From assembly GCA_965279035.1 (NCBI GenBank), contig OZ257142.1:3392001-3456000 (forward strand): a stretch of 64,000 bases of DNA. The letters run 5' to 3'. Source of the DNA: Bacteroidia bacterium. Its GTDB lineage: Bacteria; Bacteroidota; Bacteroidia; M30B66. Numbering within the stretch: the first letter of the stretch is position 1; each line of letters opens with the position of its first letter. Under the pieces are notes generated by a model. That model saw nothing but the letters and a program-made list of their open reading frames with translations, made no database searches and was not told the origin of the DNA. The position numbers were made by a program, and so were the translations under genes. Of this stretch, positions 28,580 through 37,715 are shown piece by piece.

Positions 28580-30244
28580 TTAATCGAGGTAGTGTTTGAC
28601 AAATTTGACTAAGCTTTGAAGCGGAATCAGTGCCCAATCGGGACGGTTATTTATTTCGTATCCCAACTCGTAGATTGCCTTTTGAAAGGAATATATCTGA
28701 AGTAGATCATTCACTTTATCGTCCGAAGGAATTAAGCCACTGCCTAGTGTAGTTTCGATGTAGGATCCAAGAAAATAGCGACTTACAAAGTGATACCAGA
28801 TATCGGCTACAGGGATGAGTTTATTTTGAAGATCTTGATCATGTTGAAAATTCTGAAAGAGTGTTGCGTAGGCTGCATAGCGATAGGAACGCATCATTCC
28901 TGCAACATCTTTTAGAGAAGGATATTTATCGCGTCGTTCGGTATGAGGTTTATCCGGTTCACCTTCAAAATCAAGAAGGAAAAAATCGCCATTCGAAACC
29001 AATACCTGTCCGAGATGGTAATCACCATGAATGCGAATACGCTTGCCTTGCAGAGGTTTTTCAAGTACACGACCAAAGAAAGCTTTTACCTTTTCTTTGT
29101 CTTTAATCATCGAAGCAGCATCGTCACGTAGGGTGGGGGGTACGCGATGTAAATTTCGTTCGAGAAGTTCAAATTTACTTTCCACCAAATACATCAATTC
29201 TTTATAAAGTTTCTTTTGAAAATCTTCATCTACTTCTTCTGCTGCAAATGCAGGATTGCTATTGCTATTTAATAAAGCAAGATGAAATTCAGCTGTCCGT
29301 TTTCCTAATAACCGAGCTGCATGAAATACATCTTCTCCAATTAATTGTTGTAAAGCTTCAGGTGTTTTTTCCCAAGAAATAGAAAGCACATGTGGCTTCA
29401 AAGGCAAAGGGCGAAGATGATATTCTGTTTCAATGACTTGTTTATAGAAGCGATCTAATTGCAATACAGTATTTTTCCAAGCATCACCTTCGTTAGGAAT
29501 GAGCTGTTGCAACATCACCAACAGCATCGGCGGTTTTTCGGGATGCTGAATTTCTATCGAACCTGCATAAGCTGGTAGCTGATGAAATGTATCCTGCGTT
29601 GTGAGAAAATTCACGATTTCCCAATCGGGATTGATCATGTATTCGACTTTACGAAACAGTTTAAGGAAATAGGTATCGTTGAAGATGACAGCCGAATTGC
29701 TCTGATCTGCTTTGAGCACATGCGACTTCAAGGGCGAAGGCAATCCGTGTTGCATGAGGAATTTCCCAGAGCTCGCTAGCAATGGATAATGATCACCTTT
29801 TTGAATTTGCCGTTTATTCATGAGCAAAAACAGGGTATTCCTGAAATCTTCATCATAGATTCCATCTATTAAATAACCTACAGAGTTTCCTTCTCCAATG
29901 CGCGCTATAACTGCATCAGCAGGAAAATTACCTAAACCTGCAAACCGCTCATGAATGAACACGATAGGTAATGTATAAATCTCAGTTGGCCCATCAGGAT
30001 AACGGACTTTCAGCAAAAGAACACGAGCAATACTGGAAGCCGTTTCGAGTGGAATATTCTGATAAATTTTTATCCCCGTTATCAATCGAGCTTTTCCACC
30101 AAACCAGCGCATCCGCTTAAGAAATACGGGAAGTATTTGATTTTCGAGTTGATGAATACAGCGTTCTTGCTGAAATAAATCGTTCCATTCAGCATCGATG
30201 TGAGGCTGAGCGATGTCTTTAATTCGTTGCAATGATTCAGGCAT
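28580..30244 (-). CDS. Maltokinase (Mak/Pep2; resembles the C-terminal half of TreS-Mak fusions)
   Basis: RWFGGK, DQSNS, LKLFRK, RIHGDYHLGQVL, DFEGEP, DVAGMMRS, YELGYEINNRPDW; lies between glgE and glgB. Confidence 0.9.
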   Translation of the reverse strand: MPESLQRIKDIAQPHIDAEWNDLFQQERCIHQLENQILPVFLKRMRWFGGKARLITGIKIYQNIPLETASSIARVLLLKVRYPDGPTEIYTLPIVFIHERFAGLGNFPADAVIARIGEGNSVGYLIDGIYDEDFRNTLFLLMNKRQIQKGDHYPLLASSGKFLMQHGLPSPLKSHVLKADQSNSAVIFNDTYFLKLFRKVEYMINPDWEIVNFLTTQDTFHQLPAYAGSIEIQHPEKPPMLLVMLQQLIPNEGDAWKNTVLQLDRFYKQVIETEYHLRPLPLKPHVLSISWEKTPEALQQLIGEDVFHAARLLGKRTAEFHLALLNSNSNPAFAAEEVDEDFQKKLYKELMYLVESKFELLERNLHRVPPTLRDDAASMIKDKEKVKAFFGRVLEKPLQGKRIRIHGDYHLGQVLVSNGDFFLLDFEGEPDKPHTERRDKYPSLKDVAGMMRSYRYAAYATLFQNFQHDQDLQNKLIPVADIWYHFVSRYFLGSYIETTLGSGLIPSDDKVNDLLQIYSFQKAIYELGYEINNRPDWALIPLQSLVKFVKHYLD

Positions 30245-30256
30245 ATTACTAATTGA

Positions 30257-32212
30257 TTATGATAAGACTGAAATTTGAAAAATATGTGCTGCAATCAACT
30301 TCGGGTCGAGTTCAATATAATTCCATTGTCGATTCCAGCGGTAATGATTATCGTCCATTAAATCGTGCATTTCAAGTGTATGTCCTTCGTGAGCCGGCAT
30401 CAGCGTTTCAGGAAGTTTTACCCAACCTGTTTGCTTGTTTACTGGATCGAGATTGACAACAGTCAGAACTTTATTGGTTCCGTCCCGACTGATCTTGTAA
30501 TACGCGATTAGTTGTTCGTTATCTGTTTCGCAAAATAGAATGTTAAAGGTAGTATGAAAGGCGTCATTTTCTTTACGAATTCGGTTGATCTTTCTTATCA
30601 ATTCACGAAATGGTGTTGATGCATGCCAATCCCAATGACGAGCCTCGTATTTTTCAGAATTAAAATATTCTTCTTTCCCCGGCATAGGTTCATTTTCGAG
30701 TAATTCGTAAACCGGACCATACATCCCATAATTGGACGATAAAGTTGCTGCTAAAACATAGCGTGCAGCCGAATGTGCATGATCAGTTTTTTGAATATAG
30801 AATGGTAGAATATCGGGTGTATTGGGCCAGAAATTTCCGCGGAAATAATCACGTAATTCTGTTTCTGTGAGTTCTTTAAGGTATTTTTCGAGTTCAGCTT
30901 TTGTTTGTCGCCAAGTGAAGTACGAATACGATTGTTGAAACCCAACTTTAGCCAAGCGCGCCATAATTTTAGGTCGGGTGAAGGCTTCGCTCAAGAAAAT
31001 CACTTGGGGATGATCCCGTCGCATTTCACTCATTATCCACTGCCAGAAAATAAAGGGTTTTGTGTGTGGATTATCTACTCGAAAGATGTTGATTCCTTTC
31101 GCTATCCAAAACTCAATAACACTTTTTAATTCGTTCCATAGATTTTCCCAATCTTCTGTTTCGAAGTTGATGGGCAACACATCTTGGTATTTCTTAGGTG
31201 GATTTTCAGCATACTGAACAGTGCCATCGGGACGCCAACGAAACCATTGAGGATGCTCTTTTACGTATGGATGATCGGGTGAACATTGGTAAGCTAAATC
31301 GAGTGCGATTTCGATACCTTGCTTTTTTGCAGATTTCACCAATTTTTCAAAATCAACCATGGTTCCCAATTCAGGGTTGATGGCTTTATGTCCGCCCAAA
31401 TGAGAACCTATTGCCCAAGGTGAGCCCGGTTCGCCTGCTTGAGCAGTGGTGCTATTATTCTTACCTTTCCGATGGGAAATTCCGATGGGATGAATTGGAG
31501 GAAAATAAAGTGTATCAAATCCCCAATCGGCAATGAGAGGCAAGAGTGCCTCACAATCTTTGAATGTTCCAGTACGAGTAGGATCGGGTGATGAGGAGCG
31601 AGGAAAAAACTCATACCATGTACTGAATTGCGCTTTTTCACGCTCAACAACTAATGATAGAATTTGTCCATTAGTTTCATTTTCACGTAAGGGTAAGGAT
31701 TCAATTAAATCTTCCAAACGATCGCTTTTCGCAATAATTACAGCATTTACATACTGTTCTTCGTTCTCGAAAAGATCAGCAGTGGTGTTGAGCCAAACAG
31801 CATCTTCCCCTTTCGATTTCTTAGCAATTTTTCGCAAGTGCTCTGCTCCTATTCGTAATTCTAAATCGAGCTTCTCCCCTGTTTCAGCCTTTTTACAAAA
31901 ACCATGATGCCAGCTTAAGGCATGATCTATCCAAGCCACGACGGTATATTCATACATTCCGGGATTTCCTGTTACAAAACTTCCTGTCCATTCATCATTA
32001 TCCACTTCATGAAATGGTTCTTCCACCCACTTTTTCTCCCCTACTTTTCGATGTAGCAAGATTGCTCGAACGATGTCATGTCCATCTCCATATACATGCG
32101 CCGTTACTGCAAGCGTTTCATTTGGAATACGTTTTACCGGAAATTGTCCCTCGTCTATTTGCGGACCGATATGTTCGATTACCGCTCGTGCTTTGGCTAT
32201 TGCTCCTTTCAT
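30257..32212 (-). CDS. glgE: Alpha-1,4-glucan:maltose-1-phosphate maltosyltransferase
   Basis: WYEFFPRS, PPIHPIG..RKGKNN, AENPPKKYQD, FRVDNPHTKP, SEAFTRP, PNTPDIL. Confidence 0.96.
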   Translation of the reverse strand: MKGAIAKARAVIEHIGPQIDEGQFPVKRIPNETLAVTAHVYGDGHDIVRAILLHRKVGEKKWVEEPFHEVDNDEWTGSFVTGNPGMYEYTVVAWIDHALSWHHGFCKKAETGEKLDLELRIGAEHLRKIAKKSKGEDAVWLNTTADLFENEEQYVNAVIIAKSDRLEDLIESLPLRENETNGQILSLVVEREKAQFSTWYEFFPRSSSPDPTRTGTFKDCEALLPLIADWGFDTLYFPPIHPIGISHRKGKNNSTTAQAGEPGSPWAIGSHLGGHKAINPELGTMVDFEKLVKSAKKQGIEIALDLAYQCSPDHPYVKEHPQWFRWRPDGTVQYAENPPKKYQDVLPINFETEDWENLWNELKSVIEFWIAKGINIFRVDNPHTKPFIFWQWIMSEMRRDHPQVIFLSEAFTRPKIMARLAKVGFQQSYSYFTWRQTKAELEKYLKELTETELRDYFRGNFWPNTPDILPFYIQKTDHAHSAARYVLAATLSSNYGMYGPVYELLENEPMPGKEEYFNSEKYEARHWDWHASTPFRELIRKINRIRKENDAFHTTFNILFCETDNEQLIAYYKISRDGTNKVLTVVNLDPVNKQTGWVKLPETLMPAHEGHTLEMHDLMDDNHYRWNRQWNYIELDPKLIAAHIFQISVLS

Positions 32213-32275
32213 ACTTCCAAATATAGGAGTTGATCTGAACGAGTCAAATAAAATGTTGTAAAAATGACACTTAGA

Positions 32276-32315
32276 TGATGTGCTGGTTTGTTAATGTGCT
32301 GGTGTGCTAGTGGCT
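32276..32315. repeat. Degenerate 8-mer tandem array (TGRTGTGC-like x5)
   Basis: tgatgtgc tggtttgt taatgtgc tggtgtgc tagtggct; same unit as at 47861 and 55088. Confidence 0.7.
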
Positions 32316-32607
32316 TGGGGAAAGATGGATTAGAACGGTTGGGGTGATAGATTCATTTTTGATCCGATCGCTATCAGATAGAAAATTTGCTATTTATTAT
32401 GAATTCGTGTTTAAGTGTTTCAAGGATGATCAGTTCTAGGTGAAAAAAATCCATATACGCTGTAAATGAGTAACATAGTAGATTCATATAGGAATAAAGG
32501 GACTTAATTCAACATACGAAGCCGTTCTGTGTTATGTTTGCGCCCGTTTAGGTTGAAAGAATTAAGTATACCACTAATTCGGTGAGATTTGATTAGGAAA
32601 ACTACGC

Positions 32608-33483
32608 ATGACGACACATCAAAGAGGTAAAATCAAACTTCTAGATTATTGGGGATTTATTGGAATTCACTTTGTTCCATTTTTAGCAATATTCACAGGA
32701 ACGTTTGCATTCGATTGGTACTTGGCATTAGCACTTTACCTTATTCGTATGTTTTTTATTACCGCTGGATATCACCGATATTTTTCACATCGAACATTTA
32801 AAACATCTCGGGTATTTCAGTTTATAATGGCTTTCATGGCTCAAACGAGCATGCAAAAAGGTGCATTATGGTGGGCTGCCAATCATCGAATTCACCACAA
32901 ATACAGCGACACACCTGCCGATCCACATTCAGCCAAGTTGTTCGGATTCTGGTATGCACATGTAGGCTGGATTGTTGGTCCCGATTTTAAAGAAACTCGT
33001 TATGATCTGATAAAAGACATGGCGAAATACCCCGAATTAGTTTGGCTCAATAAATACCATTGGGTTCCAGCTGCTTCTTTAATGGCCTTTTGTTTATTCC
33101 TTGGGAATTATGTGAATGGTGCTGGATTACTTGATTTTCAAGCAGGTGTTAGCACTTTGTTAATTGGTTTCTTTTTGAGTACAGCTGTCCTATATCATGG
33201 AACGTTTACCATCAATTCACTCATGCACGAAATGGGCTTCCCTCGCTACAAAACTACCGACGAGAGTAAGAACAGCGTCATTCTTGCTTTAGTAACTTTA
33301 GGTGAAGGCTGGCACAACAATCACCATTACTATCAAAGCACTGCACGACAAGGTTTTTATTGGTGGGAAATTGATATTACCTATTACATTATTCGGCTAC
33401 TCGGATTCTTTAGAATAGTATGGAATATTCGAGAAGTACCGAAACATGTAAAAGATGGTAATCACTTGAAGAGCGCTGCTTAA
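32608..33483 (+). CDS. Delta-9-type acyl-CoA/acyl-lipid desaturase
   Basis: His boxes GYHRYFSH, HRIHH, GEGWHNNHH; TATGTTTG box at 32533. Confidence 0.93.
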   Translation: MTTHQRGKIKLLDYWGFIGIHFVPFLAIFTGTFAFDWYLALALYLIRMFFITAGYHRYFSHRTFKTSRVFQFIMAFMAQTSMQKGALWWAANHRIHHKYSDTPADPHSAKLFGFWYAHVGWIVGPDFKETRYDLIKDMAKYPELVWLNKYHWVPAASLMAFCLFLGNYVNGAGLLDFQAGVSTLLIGFFLSTAVLYHGTFTINSLMHEMGFPRYKTTDESKNSVILALVTLGEGWHNNHHYYQSTARQGFYWWEIDITYYIIRLLGFFRIVWNIREVPKHVKDGNHLKSAA

Positions 33484-34370
33484 ATAATAGTCGCAAGAGC
33501 AAATACGACATATTCGATAAAAAACAATCCCCAAAAAAGCATGTAAAATTGCTTGATGGATGTATCGTTTGTTAAATCGATTCGGTAAGCCATAAAGAGG
33601 AAAAGTGCCCATAATATTGCATGACTCGAAATCATGAAAATGGGTGATGGGATTTGGCTTATAGCAGCAAGAATTATTACACTCAAATACGCTAGTGAAA
33701 CCACGATTAAACCAGCTCTAAAAGCACCTGTTCGTCCTGTTTTAACTGCCAACGTTTGAAAAGAATATTCTGCATCACCAAGTGTATCGGGAATATCTTT
33801 GAACCAAGCAATTCCTAAGCTAAATGCTACCACAAAAATAATCAAGGAACTAATGAGAGCATTGACTTCGGTATGATGAAAAAATGCCTGTTGGAAATGC
33901 CAATAAAACCCCAAATTAACTAATACACCTCTGACCAAAGCAATAGCTGAAGCTGCAGCTAAATGACTGCGTTTTAATTTCAAGGGAGGAAGTGAATATG
34001 CAGTTCCGATAAGCATAATACTGGCTATTAGTCCTAAGAATGCGAGTGACAAATACGCAGCTGAAATCAAGGAAATTCCTCCACTAATCAACACGATAAT
34101 TAATCCTGCCTGTCTTGAAAGTTCGCCTGATGCGATGGGCAACCAAGGTTTATTGACTTTGTCGACATCCACATCGGACCATTGATTTAAACCGGTGATG
34201 TAAATATTACAGCCCCAAGCACTGATTAAACTAATACTTACAATACCGAGTTGCTCAATTGAAATCGCACTTTCATTGAGAGCAATAATATAGAGAGCAA
34301 TAATGCTGAGTGTACTTCCAATAATGGTATGCGGGCGACTAAATTGCCAGAGAATTTTGAGTTTATTCAT
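33480..34370 (-). CDS. Homogentisate phytyltransferase-like UbiA prenyltransferase (VTE2/HPT type)
   Basis: LWQFSRPHTIIGS, NIYITGLNQWSDVDVDKVNKPWLPIASGE, YSLPPLKLKR, FKDIPDTLGD, FYMLFWGLFFIEY are characteristic of the HPT clade. Confidence 0.85.
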   Translation of the reverse strand: MNKLKILWQFSRPHTIIGSTLSIIALYIIALNESAISIEQLGIVSISLISAWGCNIYITGLNQWSDVDVDKVNKPWLPIASGELSRQAGLIIVLISGGISLISAAYLSLAFLGLIASIMLIGTAYSLPPLKLKRSHLAAASAIALVRGVLVNLGFYWHFQQAFFHHTEVNALISSLIIFVVAFSLGIAWFKDIPDTLGDAEYSFQTLAVKTGRTGAFRAGLIVVSLAYLSVIILAAISQIPSPIFMISSHAILWALFLFMAYRIDLTNDTSIKQFYMLFWGLFFIEYVVFALATII

Positions 34371-35124
34371 GATTTGCAGGCACTATATAAAACCAACTGA
34401 CAGGTGCCCACCAAGGCCCATGAATTCCAGATTTTATCAAACATCCAGTTGGTAGATGTTGTTTAGCATGAGCACTCATTTTAGTATGAGTTTCTGATTT
34501 TAATACACTAACAACTCCATCCCAAGTAATGGTGAAGAGGTTAATAGGAAGTATGTAAGTGAATAATAATCTTGTCCACGAAAAGGGTTTAACGAAAGGT
34601 GTTAATACGAGTTGACCAATTGTAGTAGTGAAAATAATTTTGAGAAAAACCAACACATTAGGCTGTAATACTTCAGCCACGAAAAATCCTTTTTTACCAT
34701 GTTGTTTGATTAATTGTGCCTTTTGTTTTGCATCGAAATGATGGTATGCATTAAAGAGTGTGCAGATATCTTGTTGCTGAGATTGCCAGGTTAATGCATC
34801 AACAGCCGTTTTGTTTGTATGTGCTTGATTGGGTAAATTATTTGGGAATTCTGGAAATAAATCGGTCAATTCCAAGGGAAATTGTTCCCATTTTTTATCC
34901 GATTTTCTTAGTTCTTTCAATAATGATAGTGCTGGCCCACCATTGCCTGATGCCAAATCTGTCCAACTGTTTGCTTGAGCTAAAACTACTGCTTCTACGA
35001 ATTTTTCTTTGATGGGTTTATACACACCAAATTGAGCTACTAACCAGCCTATATAGGTCGTTTGCATTCCTCGAAATACTTTTGGAAACCACGATTTATC
35101 CTCCCATTCAAACATCTTTAGCAT
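34363..35124 (-). CDS. Putative class I SAM-dependent methyltransferase with hydrophobic C-terminal part
   Basis: Gly-rich motif I DLASGNGGP, LTDLFP, AVDA, FNAYHHF; 8-bp overlap with the HPT gene. Confidence 0.65.
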   Translation of the reverse strand: MLKMFEWEDKSWFPKVFRGMQTTYIGWLVAQFGVYKPIKEKFVEAVVLAQANSWTDLASGNGGPALSLLKELRKSDKKWEQFPLELTDLFPEFPNNLPNQAHTNKTAVDALTWQSQQQDICTLFNAYHHFDAKQKAQLIKQHGKKGFFVAEVLQPNVLVFLKIIFTTTIGQLVLTPFVKPFSWTRLLFTYILPINLFTITWDGVVSVLKSETHTKMSAHAKQHLPTGCLIKSGIHGPWWAPVSWFYIVPANHE

Positions 35125-35147
35125 GTATCGGTTATCTTCACAAACCT

Positions 35148-36605
35148 ATGGATAAGGATTCAGTCATTTTAATTTTTTCGGGATTACTGGTGTTATTTAT
35201 ATCTATAACGCTCGAAATGCTTTCCCGTAAAGGAATTCTACCACAATGGATAGGGCGGAAATTACTGCATATTTCGGCCGTTAGCACCTGCGCTTTTGTA
35301 CCATTGTATTTAGAGGATTTATTGTTTCTTCAATATATAGTTGTCATCGCCGAAATCATCTTGATTTATTTGGTGTGGAAAGGAATTTTATTTGAAGAAG
35401 AGCATAAACGAAAAAGTTGGGGCATTGCTTTGTTTCCCTTACCATTTATCGCTTTTCTGCTTTTGTTTGAAGATCAACGTTGGTTAATTTCTTTTCCAAT
35501 GCTCATACTTGCTTGGAGTGATGCACTAGCCGCTATTGTTGGAATTGCTCTTGCTAAGCGATATTTTACAATGAGTGGTGATCCCAAATCCTTAGCTGGT
35601 AGTTTTGCTTTTTTTATTTCGTGTGTATTATTATTCTTCTTAGGTCGGTTCGGATTTTTCCCGCTTTTCCCCAATTGGTCTGCTATTCCAATTAGCAACT
35701 TCTTTGTATTAGCTGCTTTATTTTCGATAATTCTGTCAGCTGTTGAAGCACTAGGATCTCAAGGTTCCGATAATTTATTTATCCCCATTGCTGCACTAAT
35801 CTTGTTTTTGCGCATGGATGAAATCATCTCGCACTTACACGTATTTTCTATCCTTGTTTTATTTGCTGGATTATTCGTTTTAATTACCGTTAAGAAAAAT
35901 TCCTTAAGTCCGAGTGGTGCATTTACCGCAGCATTCATGGGGATTTCTGTGGCCGAATTTGCAGGTACAGAATGGTTGATTTTACCTGCTGTTTTTTTCT
36001 TAAGTAGTACGCTTATCGGTAGAATGTTCAAAGGAAAATCGACTCAAAGCGATTCAAAGCAGGGAAAAGCGCGTGATGCTGTTCAAGTAATATGTAATGG
36101 TGGCGTTTATTGGCTGATGGCTTTGTTATTTCCTTATTTCCCGGATTTAAGTTTAGTGATGATTGTGTCGATGGCGATTGCCACATCGGATACTTGGGCT
36201 TCGGAAATTGGTATTGGCTTGAAAGGAAAAACGTATGATATTATTTACTGGAAAAAGCTTCCTTCAGGAATTTCTGGAGGCGTTTCAATCATTGGCACTA
36301 TAGCAGGATTTATAGGTGCATTTATTATTGCATGCATCGGTTGTATTTTGATAGATCATGTTGAATTTACTTACATTCTTCTCCTTACTTCATTAGGCTT
36401 TTTAGGAATGTTATTAGATAGTTTTATCGGTTCCCTTTTTCAAGCACGCTATAAAAATTCGGAGGGCATTTCGGACGATAAAAAAGGAAATCATGTTCAA
36501 TTAATTCACGGATATTTATGGTTTAGTAATGATCTCGTTAATTTATTGAGTAATCTTATAGTAACAGCAATCGTTTTTACCTACTGTTATCAAATCCTAA
36601 AATAA
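35148..36605 (+). CDS. Fusion of phytol/dolichol kinase-like domain (VTE5-like) and DUF92 domain (VTE6-like)
   Basis: N-half RKLLHI, SDALAAIVG, KSLAGS, DNLFIP; C-half RDAVQVICNGG, ATSDTWASEIG, GISGGVS..GT, DSFIGSLFQARY, NDLVN; ATG 35148. Confidence 0.85.
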   Translation: MDKDSVILIFSGLLVLFISITLEMLSRKGILPQWIGRKLLHISAVSTCAFVPLYLEDLLFLQYIVVIAEIILIYLVWKGILFEEEHKRKSWGIALFPLPFIAFLLLFEDQRWLISFPMLILAWSDALAAIVGIALAKRYFTMSGDPKSLAGSFAFFISCVLLFFLGRFGFFPLFPNWSAIPISNFFVLAALFSIILSAVEALGSQGSDNLFIPIAALILFLRMDEIISHLHVFSILVLFAGLFVLITVKKNSLSPSGAFTAAFMGISVAEFAGTEWLILPAVFFLSSTLIGRMFKGKSTQSDSKQGKARDAVQVICNGGVYWLMALLFPYFPDLSLVMIVSMAIATSDTWASEIGIGLKGKTYDIIYWKKLPSGISGGVSIIGTIAGFIGAFIIACIGCILIDHVEFTYILLLTSLGFLGMLLDSFIGSLFQARYKNSEGISDDKKGNHVQLIHGYLWFSNDLVNLLSNLIVTAIVFTYCYQILK

Positions 36606-36737
36606 ATTCATTTAATTCCTCGATTTTTTTTGTAGAGTGATGTGTTTGAAAACCATGTTCATAGATTTTAATTTATCATTTTAAATCAAGGATAGATTGA
36701 GGATAAATTGCTTTACCTAATTTAACCTACGTCTAAA

Positions 36738-37715
36738 ATGAAACATTTTCTAACAGTTCTATTTGTTTGTGCTTGTCACATGCTATTTGCTCAACCCGAT
36801 TTTACTAGCTCTGATATGCCTAACATTGGCGATAATGATACAGTGATGTATCTAAATTATCAAGCAATTGACAATAATTTGGAAACTGAAACTGGAAACA
36901 ATTATTCCTGGGATTTTAGCTTTCTACCTTTTGCGACCTATCCCAATTTCATACGCCTTGATTCCTTTAGAGTGAAAACGCATTATTTAAGTCAATCGTT
37001 TCCAGATGCAACCATTGAAGAATTCATTTACGATGGAACAGCAGGCGACCTCAATCTCTTTAGTTATAGCAACGATACCTTAATGATACATCGATTAGGA
37101 GGTGTTGATGCAGGATTATCGATAATTCCGGCGATGCCTTCTATGGCATTCCCTTATTCTTTCAACGAAACATCCGATATCAATATGATTTTTCATGCGG
37201 GTCCTGTTACTACGGGAGAGCGAAGAACAACGGTTTCATACGATGGTTTTGGAACGCTTCATATGCCTTCTGGGAAAACGTATTCCAATGTATTTCGCAT
37301 TAAGAAAGTCGAACGTGATACCTCTTATGTTTTAAATACAACACAATCGAGCACGCGCTATATGTGGTACAAACAAGGTGGACAAATTCCGCTACTTGTA
37401 TTAACTTATTCAGGGGCACTTAATTTATATTTTGTATTAGGAAGTAAATCAAACAATACTTCTTTAGGAATTAATCCAGTGATTGAATTTCAATCAGAAA
37501 TTCGCATTTCGCCCAATCCTTCTCATGGAATTTTTCAGATTCAAACCAATGATATTCAACCTGATAAATTAGAGGTATTTACTGTTTTAGGTAAAAAGGT
37601 TTATTCCGGAAAATCAGAAAAACAACTCGATTTAAGCGGATATCCTCAAGGTGTTTATTTTGTTTCTGTAACTAAAAACCAAAAAATAATCACTAAGAAA
37701 ATTGTATTGAATTAA
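36738..37715 (+). CDS. T9SS type A sorting domain-containing secreted protein
   Basis: Signal peptide; C-terminal ISPNPS..LDLSGYPQGVYFV..KKIVLN. Confidence 0.88.
   Translation: MKHFLTVLFVCACHMLFAQPDFTSSDMPNIGDNDTVMYLNYQAIDNNLETETGNNYSWDFSFLPFATYPNFIRLDSFRVKTHYLSQSFPDATIEEFIYDGTAGDLNLFSYSNDTLMIHRLGGVDAGLSIIPAMPSMAFPYSFNETSDINMIFHAGPVTTGERRTTVSYDGFGTLHMPSGKTYSNVFRIKKVERDTSYVLNTTQSSTRYMWYKQGGQIPLLVLTYSGALNLYFVLGSKSNNTSLGINPVIEFQSEIRISPNPSHGIFQIQTNDIQPDKLEVFTVLGKKVYSGKSEKQLDLSGYPQGVYFVSVTKNQKIITKKIVLN

Noticed and set aside
33480-36605. Complete tocopherol pathway or evidence of phototrophy
   Set aside because: No tocopherol cyclase, HPPD or photosynthesis genes in the window; only the upstream steps are supported
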